A stretch of 64,000 nt of DNA from Verrucomicrobiaceae bacterium (lineage in GTDB: Bacteria > Verrucomicrobiota > Verrucomicrobiia > Verrucomicrobiales > Verrucomicrobiaceae). Below, one piece after another: positions 43,939-53,489 of the stretch. Numbering within the stretch: position 1 is the first letter of the stretch; each line of letters starts with the position of its first letter. Position numbers and translations under genes: made by a program. The notes under the pieces were generated by a model, which did not search any database, was not told the DNA's origin, and was given only the letters and a program-made list of their open reading frames with translations. The stretch spans positions 57,976 through 121,975 of the forward strand of contig JAIXZA010000053.1 of NCBI GenBank assembly GCA_027489965.1, written 5' to 3'.

Positions 43939-46900
43939 ATGAACCCAATTCATCTCTGCGCCGCACTCGCGCTCGTCATCCTCACGGCTGTGCAAGCCCA
44001 ACAACCAGCGGCTCCCGTCCCCACTCTACTACCTGGGCCTGATCCAAAGCTCATCAAGGAATACGAGTCGATCCTGAAACAGAAGTTCACCCGCGACCCT
44101 GGCGAGCTGTTGCGTCACCTTGAACGCGTCGGCACCGCTGATCCCGCGACCTTACCGGCGAATGAGCGCTTCCTCATGCGCTTCGTCACCGGGGATTGGG
44201 CCAAGGTGGGTCAGGAACTGAAGCTGATGCCGCCCGAGCTTGCGGTGCAGATTTATAACAAGATGCTCGCTGATCTCACAGAGAATCGGAAGCCCGTGGT
44301 GCGCCTCGATGACATCATCGCGCTCTCCGATGTCTCACCGACGGAGCTCAACAACGACAACATCCGCCGACTCGGCCAACTCCTCGGTATCGCCGTGCCG
44401 ATGAGTGAGATCTTCTGGCTAACCGACCGTTTTCAAAAAGGCACGAGCAAGTTTGGCGGCACCGATCCGACAAAACGATTGCTTGCGGCGCGTGTGCTCA
44501 TCGCGGGCAATTTCCGCGATCTCGCACGCTCTTATTTGCCAGGGAACGATCAGATCGCAGAGATCGCCGATGAAGGCGTGCGTAATGAATTGATGAACTT
44601 CGTCGCCACGCAGGAGCAACGCGAGAGCACGCAGCGAAGTGAGGTGCAACGCATCTGGGATGAGAACATCCGCGAACTGCTCGCGCCTTCGACCGGAAAA
44701 AATAGAAACTCGGAACATCAGAGAGCCATCAGCAACCTTTCGAAGGTCATCACCCAAGTGCCGCCCGGCACCTTGGCCCCTGTCTTCACGGAACTCGTCA
44801 AAGACCATCCCGACACCGCGATGAAGCTGCTCACCGCGCTCGCTCGCAAAGTTCAATACGATCGTAATGGTGAAGTGCTGACCCGCACGTCGAACATCAC
44901 CGTGCAGGCGAATGTCGCGACCTTGCTCTGCGATCTCGTGAAGCCAGGCGAGCAGCCGTGGACGCAAGTCATCGAGCTGATGGCCGATGTTTGGGCCAGC
45001 GAAGCGGAGAACACGTTCACGCAAAAATCCGCCACGAGTAACCAGCAGAAGTTTATCCTGCCCGAAGACCTCATGCCGCACGCGCCAACGGGCAAATGGG
45101 CCGCTGTTCTCACTGCCAGTTCGCGTGATCGCATGGATGTCGCCATGTCTCGCCTCATCCTCACGGGAGCCAATTTTGATCAAGCCGCTGAACGCATCGT
45201 CGAGATCGGCAAACGTAGCGCGCGCGCCGGAGCCGCGTTGGCGGAGGATTTCCTCGGTGTCTGGGCGAAGACGCACAACCCGCAGATCCCCGAACCCCTG
45301 CGCCGCAAGTTCGGCCTGCCCGACGATGCACGCATCCCCGTCACGCCGATCATGATGGAGAAGAACATCGAGAGCCTCTCGCGCATGATGGCGCTGTTTC
45401 GTCAGGCCGGCATCGCACCAGCGGATTACAGCAAGGTCGTCGAGGCCTTCGATCTCGCTTACAGCAATGCGGAGACGTATCGCACCACGCACATCGAGAA
45501 AGTCTTCGGTCAGATGGACAAGATGGATGAGCCTTTGTTCTTCCTCATCCTTTCGCGCATGAGTAAGAACCTTGGCGAACGCTGGCGCAAAATGGACGTG
45601 CAAACAGCCGGTATGACGCAGCGCGATGAACAGCAGACGCTCGATCTTGTGCGCGAAGGCTACAGCACCGCGCTGAAGCTCATCGACGGCTGGATCGCAG
45701 GCCATGGCGACAGCTCGCGAGCGCTCACGCTCGCAGGCACGCTGCTCGTTGAGTGGGGCGATTTTGAATACTTCCAGGAACTCGTCGCTGGTGACAGCAA
45801 GATGCGTCTGCTAGGCTACAAAGAGAAGAATCTGCAAGCCCAGGACTACTTCAATCGCGGAGCCGTCGCCTATGGCAAGCAAGTCGCCAAACTCGCACCT
45901 GACGATTACAGCGTGGATGCCTACCTTGGCTGGTTCAATGGACTGCTCGGCATCAGCTCGAACGGCCAGATCAATCTCAGCAAAGCCATGAATCGCGCCG
46001 CTTTGACACGCATCCGCGAGCATCTCGTCGCGCTGCCCGGCAAGGCAGCGAAGACGCACATCAGTATGTTTGCCAAGATCGTGAATGACCGTCTTGCGGA
46101 TGAAAAAGACCCGCTGCACGAGGATTTGAAATACCGCTACCTCGCCAGCTCGCTCGTCATCACCAAGGACGATCCCTTCACGCTCGGCGCACAAAAACAG
46201 GTCGCGTATCTCGATGAATTGCTCAGTGAAGTGCGGCTGCAAACTCGCGTCGATGGACCGAACACCGTGGGTCGCGATCAAGACTTCGGCATCATCGTTA
46301 GCATCGTCCACACCGAGGCCATGGGCCGCGCAGCTCACTTCGGCCAATACCTCACGAACGACGCCAATGCCGGACTCGTGAAGCAGCAGAGAAAGCCATC
46401 CGCACTCGTGAAGAAGATGCGCGCCGCGCAAGGCCCCCGCGATGAACTCGAACTCAACATCACCGAAGCACTCGCACCCTTCTTTGACATCAAGAGCATC
46501 ACCTTCGCCACGCCCGACATCAAGCCACGCCCCACCGCACAAGCGGGTTGGGACGAGACCGTGCTCGCCTACCTGCATGTGCGCGCGAAGGACGCCAGCG
46601 TTGATAAGATCCCGCCGGTGCAGCTTGAACTTAAGTTCGTCGATCTCAGTGGCCCCATCACCATCCCCGCCGAGTCTGCCGAGACCGTCATCAAGGTCGC
46701 CACGGACAAGATCGAACCACGCCCAGCGAATAACATCGAGATCACGCAAACGCTCGACAACCGCCAACTCAACATCAACGGCGGCCTCACGCTCGAAGTG
46801 AAAGCCACCGCGAGCGGACTCGTGCCCGAGCTTGAGCAACTGCTCGACATGAAAGCCGCGAACGCCATCGCGGTGAAGAATGTGAACCCGCACGAAGGCC

Positions 46901-47490
46901 TGCAAATCACCGAGCTGAACACCTGGGCCGATCAAGTCGCGCCGAAGTCCGAGCGCGTCTGGACGATCTCATTGGATGGCGATCAAGTTCGCGCCTCCGA
47001 GACGCCCATCACGTTCAGCTTTCCTCAACCCAAGGCCAAGGATGCGAAGGTCGTGAACGAAAGCTACACCGACATGAACCTCACCACCTTGAAGGAGCCC
47101 GCGGTGCAAGTTGGCCGCACCATGACTGCCAAGGAGGTCGCCATCGTCGCCGCGAAGAGTCCGTATCTTTGGCCATCCATCATCGGCGGCGCGGTTTTGG
47201 CACTGGCATTGATCCTCTGGCTCGCACTACGCGGCAAGGGCAAAACAGAGCGCCCAGTGCGTGCCCGCGATGTCTTCACGATGCCCAAGGAAGTCGATGG
47301 CTTCGCCGTCGTCGCCCTGCTGCGACGCTTGTGTTCGAGTCCGCTCGTGAAACTGAAGGAAACGCAGCAGAGCGAACTACAAACCGACCTCAAGCGCGTG
47401 GAAGCCGCCTGCTTCGGCTCCAGCGCAGGCGCGATGTCCGAAACTGATTTGCGCGCCATCGCCTCGAAGTGGCTCCGCAGCGCTACGTAA
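43939..47490 (+). CDS. 1183-aa secreted/membrane-anchored protein (helical N-terminus, BatD-like Ig-type C-terminus)
   Basis: Signal peptide, a long alpha-helical region, a beta-rich region from about VRLQTRVDGP, and a C-terminal TM (LWPSIIGGAVLALALILWLAL) with a cytoplasmic tail. Confidence 0.75.
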   Translation: MNPIHLCAALALVILTAVQAQQPAAPVPTLLPGPDPKLIKEYESILKQKFTRDPGELLRHLERVGTADPATLPANERFLMRFVTGDWAKVGQELKLMPPELAVQIYNKMLADLTENRKPVVRLDDIIALSDVSPTELNNDNIRRLGQLLGIAVPMSEIFWLTDRFQKGTSKFGGTDPTKRLLAARVLIAGNFRDLARSYLPGNDQIAEIADEGVRNELMNFVATQEQRESTQRSEVQRIWDENIRELLAPSTGKNRNSEHQRAISNLSKVITQVPPGTLAPVFTELVKDHPDTAMKLLTALARKVQYDRNGEVLTRTSNITVQANVATLLCDLVKPGEQPWTQVIELMADVWASEAENTFTQKSATSNQQKFILPEDLMPHAPTGKWAAVLTASSRDRMDVAMSRLILTGANFDQAAERIVEIGKRSARAGAALAEDFLGVWAKTHNPQIPEPLRRKFGLPDDARIPVTPIMMEKNIESLSRMMALFRQAGIAPADYSKVVEAFDLAYSNAETYRTTHIEKVFGQMDKMDEPLFFLILSRMSKNLGERWRKMDVQTAGMTQRDEQQTLDLVREGYSTALKLIDGWIAGHGDSSRALTLAGTLLVEWGDFEYFQELVAGDSKMRLLGYKEKNLQAQDYFNRGAVAYGKQVAKLAPDDYSVDAYLGWFNGLLGISSNGQINLSKAMNRAALTRIREHLVALPGKAAKTHISMFAKIVNDRLADEKDPLHEDLKYRYLASSLVITKDDPFTLGAQKQVAYLDELLSEVRLQTRVDGPNTVGRDQDFGIIVSIVHTEAMGRAAHFGQYLTNDANAGLVKQQRKPSALVKKMRAAQGPRDELELNITEALAPFFDIKSITFATPDIKPRPTAQAGWDETVLAYLHVRAKDASVDKIPPVQLELKFVDLSGPITIPAESAETVIKVATDKIEPRPANNIEITQTLDNRQLNINGGLTLEVKATASGLVPELEQLLDMKAANAIAVKNVNPHEGLQITELNTWADQVAPKSERVWTISLDGDQVRASETPITFSFPQPKAKDAKVVNESYTDMNLTTLKEPAVQVGRTMTAKEVAIVAAKSPYLWPSIIGGAVLALALILWLALRGKGKTERPVRARDVFTMPKEVDGFAVVALLRRLCSSPLVKLKETQQSELQTDLKRVEAACFGSSAGAMSETDLRAIASKWLRSAT

Positions 47491-47514
47491 GCCCAACCTT
47501 TCCCAAAACACTTC

Positions 47515-48504
47515 ATGTCCACTACCACCACTTATCCTCAGAGTCCGCAGCAGTTCGTCGCCGGAGTTCGCGAGCGTGTCGCGAAGATCGTCGTCGGCCA
47601 GGATGTCGTCGTCGAGCGCGTGATGATCGCCTTGCTCACGGGCGGGCATTTGCTCCTGCAGGGCCTACCCGGCCTCGCGAAGACGTTGCTCGTCAACACC
47701 ATCGCCAAGGCCATTAACCTCGACTTCAAGCGCATCCAGTTCACCATCGACATGCTGCCGTCCGACATCATCGGATCGGAGATCATCGAGCAAAAAAGCG
47801 GCGAGTTCCGCATCCATCGCGGCCCGGTGTTCACGAACCTGCTGCTCGCCGATGAAATTAACCGCGCGGCTCCGAAGGTGCAGGGCGCGATGCTCGAAGC
47901 GATGCAGGAACGCAAGGTGACCATCGGCGGCCAGAACCTCAAACTGCCCACGCCTTTCCTCGTCATCGCCACGCAAAACCCGGTCGAACAATCAGGCACC
48001 TTCGATCTCCCCGAGGCACAACTCGACCGCTTCATGCTGCTGCATCGCCTCGGTTATCCGACACGTGATGAAGAACAGATGATCCTGCAACGCCAGCTCG
48101 GCATGGGTTTGCGAAAGGAAGACGGCGGCGCGGTCCCACGCTCTGCCTTCGACATGATCGAAGATAGCCCAGGGGCATCCGTCGCTGATCTCGTCACCTC
48201 CATGGAGGCGGTGCAGGCCGTGCACGTCAGCGAAGTCTTCGTGAAGCATTGCGTCGAACTCGTGCGCCGCACGCGCGACAATCCGCTACTCGACTTCGGT
48301 TGCAGCCCGCGCGCCGGACTCGCGCTCATCAACTCCGCCCGCGCACGCGCCATCATGCATGATCGCGATTACGTCACGCCCGAGGATCTCTTCGATCTCG
48401 CCGAAGACGTCATCCTACACCGCATCCGCGTCAGCTACGAAGCGTCCGCGGCCGGTCACACTGGTAAACAAATGCTCGAAGGCATCCTCGCAGGCTTGGG
48501 CTGA
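47515..48504 (+). CDS. moxR: MoxR-family AAA+ ATPase
   Basis: GHLLLQGLPGLAKT, RIQFTIDMLPSDIIG, LLADEINRAAPKVQGAMLEAMQE, ATQNPVEQSGTFDLPEAQLDRF, GCSPRA. Confidence 0.95.
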   Translation: MSTTTTYPQSPQQFVAGVRERVAKIVVGQDVVVERVMIALLTGGHLLLQGLPGLAKTLLVNTIAKAINLDFKRIQFTIDMLPSDIIGSEIIEQKSGEFRIHRGPVFTNLLLADEINRAAPKVQGAMLEAMQERKVTIGGQNLKLPTPFLVIATQNPVEQSGTFDLPEAQLDRFMLLHRLGYPTRDEEQMILQRQLGMGLRKEDGGAVPRSAFDMIEDSPGASVADLVTSMEAVQAVHVSEVFVKHCVELVRRTRDNPLLDFGCSPRAGLALINSARARAIMHDRDYVTPEDLFDLAEDVILHRIRVSYEASAAGHTGKQMLEGILAGLG

Positions 48505-48515
48505 TTCGCATTGTC

Positions 48516-49379
48516 ATGAAAGGCCAATTCCAGCTCAATCCCGATCCTGTCGATGCGCGGCAGTTCGAGGTCACGGTCAAGCAACTGGCCAACAGCCTCA
48601 ACTTCGGCCAGGAGGAGTCCGTCTTCCACGGTGGCGGGCTGGAGTATGCGCAGTCGCGGCTCTATGTGGCGGGCGATCCAGTGAAGTTTATTGATTGGAA
48701 AGTCTCCGCGCGTGTCGGCAAGCTCTTCATCAAAGAGTATCAGGAGCCGAAGCAAATCCCGCTCTACCTGCTGCTCGATACGTCCGCGTCGATGTGCTTA
48801 AGCTCGCAAATGCTGAGCAAGTATGCCTGGGCCGTGCGCATCGCCACGGGCATCGCGCTCGCGGCGCAGACGAGCATGACGCCTGTGGGCTTGCTCGGAT
48901 GCGGCGCGCGTGAGCTGCATGTGCGGCCCACGCTCTCGCGGAATCTCGTCATGGAATGGTCGCACAAATTGCGCCTGCACGACTTCCTGGAAGAAACTTC
49001 GCTCGCCAAACGCGCCCGCGAAGTCGCGCCTTCATTAAAGCGCCGCACTACTGTCATTGTGCTCAGCGATCTGCATGACCCGGATGCCTTCGCTGCGCTG
49101 CAAGTCATGTCGCAAGAGCATGATTGTCTGGTGCTGCATCTCCAAGATCCTGCCGAGTTGAACATCAAAGGCGCGGGCATCTTTCGCGGCAGTGAAGCTG
49201 AGTCTGGTCGCAGCTTCGTCGGCCATGGACGCCGTGCCTTCATCAAGAGCGAGGAATGGAAAAGCGAACTCACACGCTTCGGCATCGATTACATGCACTT
49301 GCGCACCGACCAACCCATCCTTGGCAAGTTGCGTCACTTTTTAAACCGTCGCGGCTTCGGAGGTAGCTCAGGACGATGA
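48516..49379 (+). CDS. DUF58 (vWA-like) protein
   Basis: GLEYAQSRLYVAGDPVKFIDWKVSAR..LFIKEYQE, LLLDTSASM, IVLSDL. Confidence 0.92.
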   Translation: MKGQFQLNPDPVDARQFEVTVKQLANSLNFGQEESVFHGGGLEYAQSRLYVAGDPVKFIDWKVSARVGKLFIKEYQEPKQIPLYLLLDTSASMCLSSQMLSKYAWAVRIATGIALAAQTSMTPVGLLGCGARELHVRPTLSRNLVMEWSHKLRLHDFLEETSLAKRAREVAPSLKRRTTVIVLSDLHDPDAFAALQVMSQEHDCLVLHLQDPAELNIKGAGIFRGSEAESGRSFVGHGRRAFIKSEEWKSELTRFGIDYMHLRTDQPILGKLRHFLNRRGFGGSSGR

Positions 49380-50188
49380 AACGCAAACACCTCATTCTGC
49401 TCACCGCAGTCCTCGTCATCGCGGGCATCATCGCCTTTGTGGTCACGCGCAGGAAAGACGATGGACTGCGCGTGCCGCTCGGGGTCGAGCAAGCCGCCAT
49501 CGTCACCTACAGCGGGCCGTTGCTCGCGGTTGCGCCTTACAAGTGGGGTGTGGCGGTGAATGTGCGCATCGCTGAGGTCACGGAGAAGCCGGACCGTCGA
49601 GTGTATGACCTGCGCTACATCGTCAATCGTGCGGGCACCTTTGATCTCAAGGACTACCTCGTCGCCGATGACGGCAGCACGCTGGAAGGTCTGCCCGCGT
49701 TCAAGTTCGAAGGCGATCCCAAGCTCTCGAAGAACCTCGACACACGCATCCAGGAGACCGAAGAGATCCGTGTCGATGTCGGTGGCCACTACTATGAGCG
49801 GATGGCCTTGTTCACGCTGCTGTGGATCGGTTGGTTGTTCCTGCTCATCTTCTGGAAGCGTCCGAAACCGCCTGCCGAGACGGATGCTGGACCACCGCCA
49901 CCCACACTCGCCGAGATGATGCGCAGCTTCCTCGCCCAACTCGAAGCGGGCACTCTCAACGCCGACGCAAAGGCCAAAATGGAAATGGTCATGCTGCAAT
50001 GCTGGCGCAACGAACTCGCCTTGGGCAATGAACCGATGGAAAGCGTGCTTGCTCACATAGCCAGCAATGGCAAGACCAGCGAGGCTTTGAAGAAGCTGCA
50101 GCATTGGTTGCATCACCCGAGTTCATCCGTTCCCAGCGCTGACATAGCTGCTGTGATCAAGCCCTATACCCTGGAGGCTGCGTCATGA
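49376..50188 (+). CDS. Membrane protein of MoxR/vWA operon (position between DUF58 and BatA)
   Basis: N-terminal TM, a beta-rich domain (YDLRYIVNRAGTFDLKDYL), a second TM and a Pro-rich linker. ATGA-coupled on both sides. Confidence 0.75.
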   Translation: MKRKHLILLTAVLVIAGIIAFVVTRRKDDGLRVPLGVEQAAIVTYSGPLLAVAPYKWGVAVNVRIAEVTEKPDRRVYDLRYIVNRAGTFDLKDYLVADDGSTLEGLPAFKFEGDPKLSKNLDTRIQETEEIRVDVGGHYYERMALFTLLWIGWLFLLIFWKRPKPPAETDAGPPPPTLAEMMRSFLAQLEAGTLNADAKAKMEMVMLQCWRNELALGNEPMESVLAHIASNGKTSEALKKLQHWLHHPSSSVPSADIAAVIKPYTLEAAS

Positions 50189-51153
50189 TCTTCCAGCATC
50201 CCCAGTTCTTAGGCCTGCTCGCGCTACCCGTCATCCTCGCCTTTTGGGAATGGACACGGCGGGGACAACCCATCGCCATGCCCTTCGATCATGGGCATCA
50301 GGGGCGTGGACGTATTTTGCAGTTTTTCGTGCTCACCGCGAACTGCCTGCCCGCCGCACTGCTCGCGATGGCGATCATCTTTCTCGCTCATCCAATGACC
50401 TACACACCGCCGGAAGTGGAGCGGAAGCTCAACAACGTGCAGTTCGTGCTCGATACCTCCGGCAGCATGGCCGAGGACCATGGTTCACAAGCAAAGGGTC
50501 GGCATCGGCGCTTCGATTCGGCGATGGATGCGATCGAGCAGTTCATCACCTATCGCCAAGGCGATGCCTTCGGGCTTACCATCTTCTCCCGTAGCTTCAT
50601 CCACTGGCTGCCGCTCACTCTCGATACTCAGTCGATCCCACTTTCCAAGCGCTTCATCGAGCCGAACAACCCCAAGCTTGATCCTCCTTCCATGGGCCGC
50701 CACGGCCTGCCCGATGAACTTTGGGGTGGAACCTTCATCGGCAAAGCCCTGCACGGCGCTGCCGATTTGCTCGACCAACGCCCCGAGGGTGATCGCATGA
50801 TCATCCTCATGACCGATGGCGAAAGCGATGACATCAAGCCGCCCCTTGACGCTGCCGTCATTGAGCACTTGCGGGCCAAGAAGATTACTGTTTTCAGCAT
50901 CATGCTCACGGGCGATAAGATCTCGGAACCTCTCATCAACATCACCCGCGCCACTGGCGGCGAAGTCTTCAATGCCGTTACACCTGAGGCATTAGCGAGC
51001 GTCTTCAAGAGCATCGACGAAATGAAAAAAGTCATCGTGCTGGAGAAGCGCCCGCGCGTCATCGACTTCTACGATCCGTTTTTCATCCCCTCGATCAGCT
51101 TGCTGGGAGTGAGCGTGCTGGCATTATTCGGCCTACGGTTCACCCCCTGGTAA
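50185..51153 (+). CDS. vWA domain membrane protein (BatA-like)
   Basis: MIFQHPQFLGLLALP BatA-type N-terminus, MIDAS DTSGSM, GDAFGLTIF, GTFIGKAL, ILMTDGE, and a C-terminal TM. Confidence 0.9.
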   Translation: MIFQHPQFLGLLALPVILAFWEWTRRGQPIAMPFDHGHQGRGRILQFFVLTANCLPAALLAMAIIFLAHPMTYTPPEVERKLNNVQFVLDTSGSMAEDHGSQAKGRHRRFDSAMDAIEQFITYRQGDAFGLTIFSRSFIHWLPLTLDTQSIPLSKRFIEPNNPKLDPPSMGRHGLPDELWGGTFIGKALHGAADLLDQRPEGDRMIILMTDGESDDIKPPLDAAVIEHLRAKKITVFSIMLTGDKISEPLINITRATGGEVFNAVTPEALASVFKSIDEMKKVIVLEKRPRVIDFYDPFFIPSISLLGVSVLALFGLRFTPW

Positions 51154-51324
51154 AATGGGCATGAGCAACACCAAGTCCTCAGTGGCTCCGATTTAGCGAG
51201 GCTGGCGAAGCGGCAAAACGTCATCATGACGCATCGACGGAAGTGGTTCATCCTTGGGATGATTCAGAAACGCGACTAGATGTCGAGTCTGTGCCGTTCA
51301 TCTGGATCAACCCAACGCATCTTC

Positions 51325-51765
51325 ATGAAAAATCTCCTCCTGATGTTATTTGGCGGCTTATCCGTCGTTACCATGGCCGCCGCTCAAACCGACATGAATC
51401 ACACCACCGCCCTCACAGCCTACGTTGAGGCTCTCAACACGCATTCGAGGGAACAGATCGCGCCCTGTGTCACCGAAGATGCCGCGTTCATTTTCACAGA
51501 AGACACATTTATCGGCAAACTAGCGGCGAAGGCGGCTTTCGAGAAGACCTTTAAGCTGATCGAAAACGAGGTTTTCAGCCTTCACGACATCGTCTGGACC
51601 GTCATCTGCGAAGACGTGGCCACCTGTCACTACGAGTTTCGCTGGAAGGGCTTCATCATTGGCCAAGAATCCTCCGGTGGTGGTCGTGGCACCAGCATTC
51701 TGCGCAAGGTCGATGACCGCTGGTTCATCGCGCATGAGCATCTCGGGCCTTATCCACGCAAGTGA
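51325..51765 (+). CDS. Secreted NTF2/SnoaL-like protein
   Basis: Signal peptide from ATG 51325, Y..ALNTH, GGGRGTSILRKVDDRWFIAHEHL. Confidence 0.85.
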   Translation: MKNLLLMLFGGLSVVTMAAAQTDMNHTTALTAYVEALNTHSREQIAPCVTEDAAFIFTEDTFIGKLAAKAAFEKTFKLIENEVFSLHDIVWTVICEDVATCHYEFRWKGFIIGQESSGGGRGTSILRKVDDRWFIAHEHLGPYPRK

Positions 51766-51829
51766 TGCCTCTCTATTGGCGTTATCACTTCTGGCTCCCA
51801 AACCTGATTTCCCACTCGATTCCTGAACC

Positions 51830-53266
51830 ATGAAAAAACCTGAAACATCCCCTCCATCATCCCGCCGCGGATTCGTCAAACAATCGGTCGCCGCAGGATT
51901 CGGCTTCACGTTTCTGCCAGCCTATCTGACCAGCGCACGCGCGGCAGACAATCCGAAGCTGCCGCCGAGCCGACGCATCAATCTAGGCTGCATCGGTATC
52001 GGTGGACGTGCGGGCAGTGTCATTCCGGGGCTCACCGCGGGTGGCATCGCCACGCCGGTGGCCTTTACAGATGTCGATTTCGTTACAGCCAAGAGCGTGG
52101 AGAAGAACCTGAAGGCCTTCCCTGATGTGAGGCGCTTTAACGACTTCCGTGAGATGCTGGATAAAATGGGCAAAGACATCGACGCCGTGAGCGTGGTGAC
52201 GCCAGATCACACGCATTTCACCGCCGCGATCAGCGCCATGGCCCTGGGTAAGCATGTGTATGTGGAGAAGCCTTTAACGCACACTTTTGAAGAAGCCGAG
52301 ATCCTCATGCGGGCGGAAAAGAAGTTCAAAGTGGTCACGCAGATGGGCAACCAAGGCCACACCTCGGCTGGCGCAGAGCAGTTCAAGCAAATGCTCGCTG
52401 CAGGCATCGTAGATGACATCGTGAAGATCCAAGCATGGAAATCGCCCTCGCTTTGGTTCATGAACGCTGCCGAACGCATTCAAGGCTATCCAGCAGCAGA
52501 GCCGATGCCTGAGTCGCTGAAGAGCTGGGATCTCTGGTGTGGACCGCAGGAGGTCAAACCGTTCAGCAAGATGTATCACGCCTTCAACTGGCGCGGTTTC
52601 CACCTCTACGGCGGCGGTATGTTTGGCGACTGGGGTGCACATATCATCGACTTTGCCCATCACCATCTGAAGCTCGGCTTGCCCACGCGCATCACACCGC
52701 TAGCGCTCGCCGATTACAATCAGATCAGCTACCCGCTCAGTTCAGACATCCGCTTCGAGTTCCCAGCTCGCGGCGAAAAACTGCCCGCTCTGGAGCTTCA
52801 TTGGAAAGCCGGTGGCGACATCAAGTTCGACATCGAAGAGAAATACGGTGATCCAGGCCCCGATGGCAAAATCGTGATCCCAAATCCCGGCGGTGCTGGA
52901 TCACTCCTGCATCGCAAACAAGGCGACTACCTCGTGCAGCGCGGCTCACATGATCGTCACTCGCTCCTGTATCCACGCGCGAAGATGGTAGAATTCAAAG
53001 ACGCCATGGGTCTTCATCCCTTGAAGCGCACTCACTTCGATAGCTTCATCAACGCCTGCATGGGCGAAGGCAAGACGGAGTCACCCTTCAGTGTCTCCGG
53101 CCTGCTGACGCAGGTCCTGAACCTCGGCACCATAGCCGAGTATCTCAATGTTGATCTCCAATTCGATCCGGCCACGAAGCGCTTCATCGGCAACGACGAA
53201 GCCAACGCCCGTCTGGCAGGACCAGCTCCGCGTGCTGAATGGGCTGACTGCTACAAGCTAGCATAG
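51830..53266 (+). CDS. Tat-exported Gfo/Idh/MocA family oxidoreductase
   Basis: Tat motif SRRGFVK, INLGCIGIGGR, IDAVSVVTPDHTH, HVYVEKPL, TQMGNQG, GDWGAHIID. Confidence 0.93.
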   Translation: MKKPETSPPSSRRGFVKQSVAAGFGFTFLPAYLTSARAADNPKLPPSRRINLGCIGIGGRAGSVIPGLTAGGIATPVAFTDVDFVTAKSVEKNLKAFPDVRRFNDFREMLDKMGKDIDAVSVVTPDHTHFTAAISAMALGKHVYVEKPLTHTFEEAEILMRAEKKFKVVTQMGNQGHTSAGAEQFKQMLAAGIVDDIVKIQAWKSPSLWFMNAAERIQGYPAAEPMPESLKSWDLWCGPQEVKPFSKMYHAFNWRGFHLYGGGMFGDWGAHIIDFAHHHLKLGLPTRITPLALADYNQISYPLSSDIRFEFPARGEKLPALELHWKAGGDIKFDIEEKYGDPGPDGKIVIPNPGGAGSLLHRKQGDYLVQRGSHDRHSLLYPRAKMVEFKDAMGLHPLKRTHFDSFINACMGEGKTESPFSVSGLLTQVLNLGTIAEYLNVDLQFDPATKRFIGNDEANARLAGPAPRAEWADCYKLA

Positions 53267-53489
53267 CTCCTGCGATTTGTAGCCGCTTGGAAACGCAGAG
53301 AGCCAATAGGTGGATTAAAATCACCTTTTGCGCTCTCTGAGTTCCATTCCTGAAAAGCACCATCCTGACTTAAACATCTGGCCAGTTCCCTGCACGATCA
53401 ACAGGTCGCAAAAAGCTGAGTCACTGTGTGCTGACCAAGTGATTCTGCATAGACGGAGATTCTCACCAGCGTTAAAGGAATAGCCCGCC

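Noticed and set aside
44419-46935. Long antisense ORFs (428 and 374 aa) inside the 1183-aa gene
   Set aside because: They are shadow frames caused by GC3-rich codon use on the opposite strand, with no recognisable motifs.
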